Positions 27,761-35,669 of a stretch of 40,848 nt of DNA are shown piece after piece. The DNA lies in contig CAZVVA010000005.1 of NCBI GenBank assembly GCA_964630455.1, forward strand, positions 1-40,848. Direction: 5' to 3'. The translations under genes were made by a program, and so were the position numbers. The stretch comes from an uncultured Candidatus Sumerlaeota bacterium (GTDB lineage Bacteria; Sumerlaeota; Sumerlaeia; MWCT01; JAUWMI01). Below the pieces are notes generated by a model. That model did not search any database. It worked only from the letters and a program-made list of their open reading frames with translations, and was not told where the DNA came from. The number at the start of each line of letters is the position of its first letter. Positions within the stretch are counted from its first letter, which is position 1.

Positions 27761-28540
27761 ATGAGCGACAAGAAGATGAAATTATTCAAAAGATTACGAT
27801 TGATTTCAAGAAAACTAAATATACTGATTCATTTAAGACTATATCCGCATATTTTCTTTACTTTTAATCCCTTCAAAATATACGAATTTGAAGAGCTCAA
27901 AAGAGGAATCACATTTTCAAAAGATGATGTGATTCTTGATCTGGGCTGTGGGCACGGTCTCCATACTCTACTTCTCGCTGAGAAGTGCAAGAAGGCAATT
28001 GGAACAGATATATCAGAAGAATGTATAAAATTTGCGAAGCTCCTGTCCCACTACATGAGAGGGGCCATTGACACTGAGTTCTATTGCGCGAAGCTTCAGG
28101 AGGCAAGATTTGAAGATGAATTCTTTGACAAGATCTACTGCGCTTGCGTGCTCGAACACGTGCCTGACTATGTTGAGGTACTAAGAGAGGCGCATCGAAT
28201 TTTGAAGAAAGATGGACAAATGATATTCTCTGTTGATAGCTTAGAAGCCATTGAAGATAAAGAAGCCATCGAAAAGCACAAGAAAGAACATTTTGTGGAA
28301 AATTACTTCAGCAGCGAGGAATTGCAAAAACTCTTAGAGGAAATAAATTTTAAAAAAATTACTATCTATCCTATTTTTCGGAGCGACTTTGCCAGAAATC
28401 TCTTTATTAAGGGAATTAATAACGAATTTCACTACGGTCGCCTGCCGTCACTTTTGGCATATATCCTTCTTAGATATAAAGAATCTCATTGTGCCGAGAA
28501 AGACAAAGGTATATTTCTAATTGTAAAATGCAGCAAATAG
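27761..28540 (+). CDS. Class I SAM-dependent methyltransferase (Methyltransf_11-like)
   Basis: 259-aa ORF: VILDLGCGHGLHTLLLA, DISEECIKFA, FDKIYCACVLEHVPD, LKKDGQMIFSV. Confidence 0.85.
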   Translation: MSDKKMKLFKRLRLISRKLNILIHLRLYPHIFFTFNPFKIYEFEELKRGITFSKDDVILDLGCGHGLHTLLLAEKCKKAIGTDISEECIKFAKLLSHYMRGAIDTEFYCAKLQEARFEDEFFDKIYCACVLEHVPDYVEVLREAHRILKKDGQMIFSVDSLEAIEDKEAIEKHKKEHFVENYFSSEELQKLLEEINFKKITIYPIFRSDFARNLFIKGINNEFHYGRLPSLLAYILLRYKESHCAEKDKGIFLIVKCSK

Positions 28541-28699
28541 ATATAGCAGCCACTGTAGGTTAATTTCTTTCTCTGACATGGCACGATAAAGCACAGCGGG
28601 AGAGATCTTCCCTCTCGTTTTAATTCAAGACGCGGGCATGAGCGAATTTTCCCTGGCGATGAAACAAGTACCGGGCTCTCTGATACGAAGGCATAAAGT

Positions 28700-29032
28700 G
28701 TGCTTCTGCCCTGGAATTTCGAGCCACACTTTCGCGTGCAACTGCCTGGGCTTTTCAGCAATGCATTAGAACTACTGATCGCTGCGTCTTTTGGTCCAGA
28801 TAAGGCATCTATGCATTCTTTTCCTCAAAACCGCGCTACTTTAAGGTTAGAAGGTTTTGGGGCATACGCGAAGGAGTGGTTGACTGAGTTCAATGGTGTT
28901 TCCAAATACTATTTCCCTCTCTATCTGAAAGACATGGAATTCAGACACAGGCATAGACGCCAAGATTTATTTGACCATTTGGTTAAATGCCTCTGCAATT
29001 TGGGATGGGATCTTTTACAATTGCCAAAATGA
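28700..29032 (+). mobile_element. Relic of an IS1595-family (ISXO2-like DDE) transposase, C-terminal tail only
   Basis: The ORF translation ...LRLEGFGAYAKEWLTEFNGVSKYYFPLYLKDMEFRHRHRRQDLFDHLV (core nt ~28808-28996) matches the characteristic IS1595 C-terminus (N.iEgfWs..Kr.l..f.Gvs...f.lYlkE.eFRfNhR). No DDE core and no inverted repeats are recognisable. Confidence 0.6.
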
Positions 29033-30231
29033 GAATCTTATTTTTCAGTGCTAAAGTTCCACATTCACGAAGTAAAACTGCCGGACAAGTGGAAATATAT
29101 AGGTACATTAATGGCCTGGTAGCAAAAGGGCTTCAGGTAGATCTGGTCAGTACCAGTGCGCCTGGTGAGGAAGTATTCTTTGAAGAAATGCGGCAAATCT
29201 GCAGGAGAGTTTACGCGGTAAGGAGAAGCGTAACCTATCTGCAGAAGGCTAAGCAGGCGCTGGACTGGCTAATTCACGCGTGCCGAGGGCCCCTGGAACA
29301 CAGACCCGCGGTAATTTTTGTAAACAACCTGATTCGCGAAGGCGACTACGACATCGTACAGGTGGAGTTCGCCGAGGCAGGAAGGCATATCAGGAGACAT
29401 GGCAAGACCAAGCTGGTGCTGGATGCTATTGATATTGAGATCAAGCCTGCACTGAGACGATGGCAAAGGGAAAAAAGGATGTGGCCAAAACTCTGGGGCG
29501 GGGTTTGGTATTTATACTGGCGCTGGAAAGAGCCCAGAATCTATCGCCAATATGATATGATTTTTACTCGCTCAGATTACGACAGGGAATACATTTTGAG
29601 GATCGAATCTAACCTCAGAGTGCGGGTGCTACCACATCTTGTTCCCATCGAGAAAAGTGAAAACGACAACGAGGGAGGAAAAGAACAGAACAGCATAATT
29701 TTTATGGGAGCATTCTCGCGAGATGTTAATATTCAATCGGCGCGTTTTATAGTTAAGCAGATACTACCCCGCCTGAAAAAGAAGCTCCAAGTAGTCAAGG
29801 TCTATCTCGTGGGCAGTGATCCTCCTCAAGAATTTAGCGAATGGGCTAAGCAGGACACCAACATCGTGGTTACCGGATACGTGGACGATATATATGGCTA
29901 TTACAAAAAGGCGCAGGTGATGGTAGCGCCGATGTTCATTGGTGGAGGAATTATGACTAAAATAATTGAGGCGATGGCATCCGGACTTCCTGTTGTCACT
30001 ACGGCTATAGGAAACGAAGGAGTAGGAGCAAAGGACGGCGAGCAGATATTGCTGGCGGAGACAGCAGAAGAGTTCGCCGAAAAAATCCATATGCTTCTCC
30101 AGAACGATGAATTGCGCTGCAAGATTGGCGAGCGGGCACGTGAGTTTGCTCTCAACAGGTTTGAGTTCAACAAAGTGATTGACATGCTGGAAGGATACTA
30201 TCGAGAACTACTCGCACGAGGATGGCGATGA
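29029..30231 (+). CDS. Glycosyltransferase family 4 (GT-B)
   Basis: The ORF track opens at 28987, but the GT4-typical N-terminus MRILFFSAKVPH begins at 29029. The upstream 14 codons overlap the transposase relic. The C-terminus has VMVAPMFIGGGIMTKIIEAMASGLPVVTTAIGNEG. Confidence 0.8.
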   Translation: MRILFFSAKVPHSRSKTAGQVEIYRYINGLVAKGLQVDLVSTSAPGEEVFFEEMRQICRRVYAVRRSVTYLQKAKQALDWLIHACRGPLEHRPAVIFVNNLIREGDYDIVQVEFAEAGRHIRRHGKTKLVLDAIDIEIKPALRRWQREKRMWPKLWGGVWYLYWRWKEPRIYRQYDMIFTRSDYDREYILRIESNLRVRVLPHLVPIEKSENDNEGGKEQNSIIFMGAFSRDVNIQSARFIVKQILPRLKKKLQVVKVYLVGSDPPQEFSEWAKQDTNIVVTGYVDDIYGYYKKAQVMVAPMFIGGGIMTKIIEAMASGLPVVTTAIGNEGVGAKDGEQILLAETAEEFAEKIHMLLQNDELRCKIGERAREFALNRFEFNKVIDMLEGYYRELLARGWR

Positions 30232-31178
30232 ATAATCCACTAGTATATCTAATTGTACTAAGCTGGAATCAGAAACAAGATACCCTTATGTGTTTGGCAA
30301 GTGTTTCGCGGGTAACATACCCTAATTTTCGGGTTGTTCTGGTGGATAACGCTTCAGTGGATGGTACCGCCGAGGAGGTTCGCGAAAAATTTCCCGGGGT
30401 TAAAGTAATCCGTAACAATAAGAACCTGGGGTTTACCGGCGGAAATATAAAAGGTGCGGAATATGTCTGTGCGCAGGGAGCCGATTATATAATGCTTCTG
30501 AATAATGACGTAGAAGTTGCGCCCGATTTCCTTGAGCCACTAATCAAAGTGGCAGAAACCGATGCTGCAATTGGTGCCATCGCTCCTTTAATACACTTCT
30601 TCGAACCCCGTGATCGCGTCCAGTCTGCCGGATGTAATAGGAAATGGCTTGGGTTGAACAATCAGAAGCTTTTTTACGGAAAAAGCGATAAGAATATCCC
30701 CGAACTTCTGGAATCGGATATGGTCTCGGGGGCAGCTTTATGTATCAAGCGCAAGGTAATCGAAGAGGTGGGATTCCTGGATAATATTTATTTCGCTTAC
30801 AATGAAGATATGGATCTGTGCTATCGGATAAGAAAAGCCGGTTACCGGATAGTCACTGTAAAGGCATCCCGCATATGGCATAAGATTTCCGCTTCTACAG
30901 GTGGTTATAGGAATCCAGCGAATCAGTACTTAATGGCGCGGGGGGCGGCGATTTTCATGCGCAAATATGGCAGGTGGTGGGAAAAACTCCTCTTTTTCCC
31001 CCTAGCATTCACGGCTAGCACGATTGTTATTCTCAGAGATATTTGGTACGGTCTTGCCCGTGCGGATTTGCCCAGGTATGAGGGATATATTGATGGTTGG
31101 TTCTTAAAGGCTGTGGACGATGAGAAATTGTCAGCCATAAAATCAAGGCATAAGAAAGAAGTATCATTTATCCAGTAG
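30222..31178 (+). CDS. Glycosyltransferase family 2 (rhamnosyltransferase-like)
   Basis: 318-aa ORF: YLIVLSWNQ, VVLVDNASVDGT, LLNNDVEV, SGAALCIKR, YNEDMDLCYRIRKAGYRI. It overlaps the GT4 stop by 10 nt (ATGGCGATGA). Confidence 0.85.
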   Translation: MAMNNPLVYLIVLSWNQKQDTLMCLASVSRVTYPNFRVVLVDNASVDGTAEEVREKFPGVKVIRNNKNLGFTGGNIKGAEYVCAQGADYIMLLNNDVEVAPDFLEPLIKVAETDAAIGAIAPLIHFFEPRDRVQSAGCNRKWLGLNNQKLFYGKSDKNIPELLESDMVSGAALCIKRKVIEEVGFLDNIYFAYNEDMDLCYRIRKAGYRIVTVKASRIWHKISASTGGYRNPANQYLMARGAAIFMRKYGRWWEKLLFFPLAFTASTIVILRDIWYGLARADLPRYEGYIDGWFLKAVDDEKLSAIKSRHKKEVSFIQ

Positions 31179-31515
31179 AGTCTACGTTGTATTAAGCTGG
31201 CAGAATTATTGTCTGGACTTGCGTCTAGCGATTGAACTGTTGGGCGATACCATTGTCCAACCCCTCATGCTGCTCAGCGCTTACCGCCCCCTACCTTCTT
31301 ACACAGTACAGGTTTCTTCTTGCCTTTAGAGGCCCGATTCGATAGATTTAGAATCTTAGCGGCTTCTTTGTTTTCTGATTCACCATTTCAAAAATTTACC
31401 GTTTGACCAGATTCAAGAAGGCGTCTCAATTTTCAACTAGATTTGGCAGGCTCTTCGTATGTCAATGCTTGACCTTTTGAAAAACGAGTAATGAACCTTA
31501 CTGAACGGATTAAGC

Positions 31516-32379
31516 ATGATTACAGTTGCTGATATTTTAAGAAATATTGAGATTCTAAGAAATCTGAATCGAATCCAAAAAAATCGCAGGTTGTGGCTTA
31601 AATTTAGATTTCTTAGTCTTTTTTCTAATATGGAGTATTTCAGATTTCGTTGTAACTTATGCGGGCAGTTTTCTACTTCTCCTTTGATTGAAATTTGCGC
31701 AAGAGAATCTGCGTCCTGCTATCATTGTGGTTCTAGCTTAAGATATAGATCAATCATTCATATATTATCATTAGAATTATTTGGAGAAAGTCTGATACTT
31801 CAAGATTTTCCTAAGGCCGAGATCGTGGGCATTGGCATGAGCGATCCAGACGTATATGCCATCCCCTTAAGCCGAAGACTTTCTTATACAAATACTTTCT
31901 ATCATAAGGAACCCAAGGTTGATATAACTTCAATAGAACCTCAAATGAAGAGTTCTTGCGATTTCATAATTTCAAGTGAAGTCTTTGAGCATGTTCCACC
32001 GCCCATCGAATTAGCGTTTCAAAATATATACAGTTTATTAAAACCTGGTGGGGTGTGTGTCTTTACTGTTCCGTGTACAAAAGACGTTTCGACCAAAGAA
32101 CATTTCCCTGATTTGCATGATTATAAGCTAGTCAAAAAATGGGGAAAGACTATGTTGATTAATAAAACAAAGGATGGAGTTGACCAAATCTTTGACAACT
32201 TGATATTTCATGGTGGCAAAGGTTCAACGCTGGAAATGCGTGTTTTTTCTGAATCATCTTTGATTGAAAATATTTCCAAAGCTAGCTTTAAGGACATAGA
32301 GATTCATAAATGTCATAAACCTGAGTATGGTATTATTTGGAATATAACCGAATCTCTTCCAATATCAATGAGACGGTAG
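31516..32379 (+). CDS. Putative SAM-dependent methyltransferase with an N-terminal Cys4 zinc-ribbon
   Basis: 287-aa ORF. CNLC...CYHC (nt 31651-31728) is followed by an MTase-like core (IVGIGMSD, DFIISSEVFEHVPPP, LLKPGGVCVFTVP). Motif I is atypical. The start may instead be the Met at codon 39. Confidence 0.6.
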   Translation: MITVADILRNIEILRNLNRIQKNRRLWLKFRFLSLFSNMEYFRFRCNLCGQFSTSPLIEICARESASCYHCGSSLRYRSIIHILSLELFGESLILQDFPKAEIVGIGMSDPDVYAIPLSRRLSYTNTFYHKEPKVDITSIEPQMKSSCDFIISSEVFEHVPPPIELAFQNIYSLLKPGGVCVFTVPCTKDVSTKEHFPDLHDYKLVKKWGKTMLINKTKDGVDQIFDNLIFHGGKGSTLEMRVFSESSLIENISKASFKDIEIHKCHKPEYGIIWNITESLPISMRR

Positions 32380-32434
32380 AAGCCTAACATTGTAATCGGC
32401 TTGACGGCTTGCGTCTGGTGACGATTAAAGCGTT

Positions 32435-32760
32435 TTGTGCATTTCCGAAAGTCTTGACTTAAATCCAGAAGTTTGTCTTATCCTCGTCACCCACCAGGTT
32501 AGCTCTGCGGTAAGCCAGGAGACTGAAATAAACTTTGCAAATCGAAAACGAAACGACTCGGCTACGAAGCCCTTCTGCCTGGTCGCTGGTGGGAGAAACT
32601 CATCTTCTTCCCGCTGGCCTTTGCTGCCACTACGGTAGTGCTTCTCAGGGAAAGTCTGCATGGTCATGCGCGCGCAATCTTACCCAGATATAAGGGATAT
32701 ATTGATGGCTGGCTTTTTAAAACCTTTGAATGCGAAAAGAGTGAAAACACTCATTGTTAA
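32435..32760 (+). pseudogene. Orphan, frameshifted 3' remnant of a GT2 glycosyltransferase paralogous to 30222-31178
   Basis: 32581-32760 translates GRWWEKLIFFPLAFAATTVVLLRESLHGHARAILPRYKGYIDGWLFK...*, versus GRWWEKLLFFPLAFTASTIVILRDIWYGLARADLPRYEGYIDGWFLK... in the intact gene. Upstream, THQVSSAV (32489-32512) parallels WHKISAST but in another frame. The spacing is 89 nt where 90 would be expected. Confidence 0.75.
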
Positions 32761-32785
32761 CTGTCAGTAGGGAGAATTTCTTCGC

Positions 32786-32884
32786 CTCCACGGGCAGGAT
32801 GCCCGTGCCACCTCCTTATTAAAATTCCGAGATATCTAAGCCCTGGAGATGTTCAAAATATTCATTTTATTAGAGGCCCTAGGT
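32786..32884. repeat. Structured intergenic repeat family, copy C (modules 2+3, hairpin interior deleted)
   Basis: Matches copy A 261-381. The CACGGGCA (32789-32796) / TGCCCGTG (32800-32807) stem is retained, but the 22-nt interior present in copies A and B is replaced by a GGA loop. Confidence 0.75.
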
Positions 32885-33205
32885 AAAAATAATTACCGCT
32901 CACTGGGATCGTCTACCACGTTTTGATGGGCAGGGAAAGACAGTTGGAGAAAACTCCTAAGCAACTCATAGCAGGTTTCAAATGGCGCAGACATGTCTTG
33001 CAAAATACGGATTTCCAGAGCTGCCATATCTCCACCCATGGGAACCTCTCTCTACTCCTGCGGCGCCATCGGTGGAAGTATTATCTATTAAGACAACATG
33101 CCAATTTGGATAAGTTATTTTTCTCTGAACTCTCAAGAAATCCTAGGGTATCTTCTTTTCAGTTCCAGGTTAACGTGACTATATAAACCAGAGGTTTCTC
33201 CATAA

Positions 33206-34468
33206 TCATCTACCTCGTGCAAACGAAATTTCCATAAATTCCAACAATTTATCAATGATTCCTGCTTCCCAGGCAAAACACTCATATGCTAAACGAGACC
33301 GCCTCCTCTTCCCTTCCTCGCTTAATAATTTCTCCTTATCCCTCAACAACTTTTCTGCTGTATTTTCCAAATCTTCCTTTCTTAGACTGCTGATGTAACC
33401 TAATCCTGTATCTTCTTTTACCATTGTCGATAAATCACCTATACCTTCAGTCAAAACTATTGCGGGACCACATCGCAAGTATTCAGCGAACTTTGTCGGA
33501 CAAGCCACTTTGTTAACAATGTCTCGTTCCCTCAGAAGCAGCCCGACATCGGCCGCCATTAAATAAGGAGCCATCTCTTCCAGGGCAAGTGAGATTATAT
33601 GGAAGGGCATAAGTTTACCTTCTCTACTCAGCAGGTACTCAAACTTTCTTTTATCACGAGTGATAATAAGAAAAATAACATCTTGCTCTCTTCTATAAAT
33701 GCAGCTTAAAAGTTCCAAGATTTTACCAGGCATCTGCCACCTTCGCATTGAGCCACTGTAAGCAATAGCCAGCTTTTTATCCAACCCTAACTTCTTTCTA
33801 ACCCTTTTCCTTTCTTCGCTATCGAAGTAAAATAATCGATGATTAACACAAGAGGGAACAACGAGTATCTTTTCCTCTCTTACTCCATATTGTTCTATTA
33901 TAAGCTCCTTAAATCGCTGCGACACGCAGGTAAGCATGTTACAACGCGGGATTATGAATTTTTCCATCTTTAATGCCACGAGATACCTTAAAAAACGGCG
34001 CGGTAAAATCCCTCCTTCATAATGAAGCTCTTCTGGTGGTAGTATCCCTTTTAAGTCACCAAGTACATTTAATGCTACCCCTTTACCTTTTAGACGTTCA
34101 TTGTTTCTTTGCTTCCAGCTAAGTAAACTATATAGCATTAAATAGCTATTTGACTCTATTAATATTTTTTCCTGTTTATCCTCTTTCAAAAGAAGCTTCT
34201 CCAGTTCCTTACCCAAAGCATTGACAACTCCTCTTAGACCGAAGTAAATAGGAGGTTCGCGAAAGTAATAGCTCCTCCCTTGAGTTATCTCATTTATTTT
34301 GGCCAAAGTCTGGTGCAATGTTCTCTCGTGAACCTTGCGGTGCCATATGGTTACAAAGTCTATTTCCCAGTCCGGTTTCCGCTCCCTCACTAAGCGAAGG
34401 TACTCTAATACATGAGAGGAGAAAACACTATTTGTAATCTTTGTCCCGTTGACGAAAACCAAACGCAT
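33206..34468 (-). CDS. GT-B-fold glycosyltransferase (GT4-like, divergent)
   Basis: 420-aa AT-rich ORF. Its two-Rossmann-domain size and C-terminal KVACPTKFAEYLRCGPAIVLTEGIGDL region resemble the sugar-donor-binding helix of GT4 enzymes. Confidence 0.55.
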   Translation of the reverse strand: MRLVFVNGTKITNSVFSSHVLEYLRLVRERKPDWEIDFVTIWHRKVHERTLHQTLAKINEITQGRSYYFREPPIYFGLRGVVNALGKELEKLLLKEDKQEKILIESNSYLMLYSLLSWKQRNNERLKGKGVALNVLGDLKGILPPEELHYEGGILPRRFLRYLVALKMEKFIIPRCNMLTCVSQRFKELIIEQYGVREEKILVVPSCVNHRLFYFDSEERKRVRKKLGLDKKLAIAYSGSMRRWQMPGKILELLSCIYRREQDVIFLIITRDKRKFEYLLSREGKLMPFHIISLALEEMAPYLMAADVGLLLRERDIVNKVACPTKFAEYLRCGPAIVLTEGIGDLSTMVKEDTGLGYISSLRKEDLENTAEKLLRDKEKLLSEEGKRRRSRLAYECFAWEAGIIDKLLEFMEISFARGR

Positions 34469-34532
34469 GCGCCTTGCACCTCTTTATTTCTACCTGATCA
34501 AGCCATCACATTTGCCCGAGCTTATCCCTTAT

Positions 34533-35660
34533 CTAACATTTTAATAGTAGATCGTGATATTTCTCTGCTGTCCTCCGCCAGGAGTATTGTTCGGCTTTCT
34601 TTCTCGCTTTCTCTCCCATCTTGTGCCGGAGCTTCTCATCGAGCACTTTTTCTAACAGACTTTTCAATGCGTTTACGTCACCGGGCTCAAAGAGCAATCC
34701 GTTTACCCCATCCTCTACCAGGTCCACATTACCTCTGATTCTTGTGACAACCACGGGCATACCAGAAGCCATCGCCTCCAACACCACATTGGACATTCCC
34801 TCATCTATTGACGGCAATACAAGTATATCGGCTTCACTATAGATAGTGCGCATCATTGACCTATCCACCCATCCACGAAAGTTCACCACATCCAGAAGCC
34901 CCATTTGTTTAACCATAGACACCAGTCGTTCACGCTCGGGACCATCACCCACAATTTGCACCTCGATTTCTCTTCCACTCTTTACGAGCAAGTCTGTAGC
35001 CCTTAGCATAGTAGGTAAATCCTTTTCCACATTTAACCTGCCTGCAAAGAGTATCTTTATTCTGCTTCGAGTTTTTCGCTCAGAAGGTGTGAACCATTCG
35101 GTATCCACGCCATTAGGAATAAGTTGAAACGGCAATTCTGGTATTGTCCTTGTTGCAAGCTCAAGTAAGCCCTCCGAGTTCGCCACAACAAAACGGGCTT
35201 TCTTCCAGATCAATTTCGTTAATGGCTTTGCTAACGAATGATAAAAGGCCAATTGCCGCTCCATAGACCCGGGGACGTCACCCCCTCGCAGAGAAACAGT
35301 GTAAGGCGTTCCATAAAGCCACTTTGCGAGCAATCCCACATGCCCGCAAGGGATACCAAAAAAAACCAGCATTGCCTCTGCCTTTAATTTTTTAACCAAG
35401 GGGACAGCTATGAAGCAGCTGCTTATCATAAATGTTACCATTTCTGGAACACTACATCTATCTATCCTTCGCCGCCAGACAGGAAGCCGAATTATTCTTA
35501 CGCCCTCTTGCGTCTCTTGTCGAGGAAGATTCTTAAAATGTGAAGTAATCACCACCGTCTCATCGCCCATTCTAACAAGTTCCCTGGCGATATAATAGCT
35601 AGCTGTCGCTGCCCCACCGCCCAACGGCGGAAATTCATAGTTTATGATCAGAATTTTCAT
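34533..35660 (-). CDS. Glycosyltransferase family 4
   Basis: 375-aa ORF: MKILIINYEFPPLGGGAATASYYIAREL and VLPSIDEGMSNVVLEAMASGMPVVVTRIRGNVDLVEDGVNG. Confidence 0.85.
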   Translation of the reverse strand: MKILIINYEFPPLGGGAATASYYIARELVRMGDETVVITSHFKNLPRQETQEGVRIIRLPVWRRRIDRCSVPEMVTFMISSCFIAVPLVKKLKAEAMLVFFGIPCGHVGLLAKWLYGTPYTVSLRGGDVPGSMERQLAFYHSLAKPLTKLIWKKARFVVANSEGLLELATRTIPELPFQLIPNGVDTEWFTPSERKTRSRIKILFAGRLNVEKDLPTMLRATDLLVKSGREIEVQIVGDGPERERLVSMVKQMGLLDVVNFRGWVDRSMMRTIYSEADILVLPSIDEGMSNVVLEAMASGMPVVVTRIRGNVDLVEDGVNGLLFEPGDVNALKSLLEKVLDEKLRHKMGEKARKKAEQYSWRRTAEKYHDLLLKC

Positions 35661-35669
35661 AGTACGAGT

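Noticed and set aside
31260-31385. HTH-like peptide on the minus strand (ENKEAAKILNLSNRASKGKKKP) in the GT2-methyltransferase spacer, possibly an IS OrfA or excisionase remnant
   Set aside because: It is only about 30 residues, with no start codon, and is flanked by stops. The resemblance to HTH motifs is generic.
32808-32818. CCACCTCCTTA in repeat copy C, identical to the anti-Shine-Dalgarno end of 16S rRNA (a strong SD, TAAGGAGGTGG, on the minus strand)
   Set aside because: There is no rRNA context, and no start codon at a suitable distance on the minus strand. Copy A has CTTTCTTA at the same position, so the match is probably coincidental.
32893-33039. 48-aa minus-strand ORF (MGGDMAALEIRILQDMSAPFETCYELLRSFLQLSFPAHQNVVDDPSER) next to repeat copy C, and the overlapping 87-aa plus-strand ORF 32923-33186
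   Set aside because: No recognisable family and only a weak ribosome-binding site. It may be another gene fragment at the island junction, but neither ORF can be supported as a gene.
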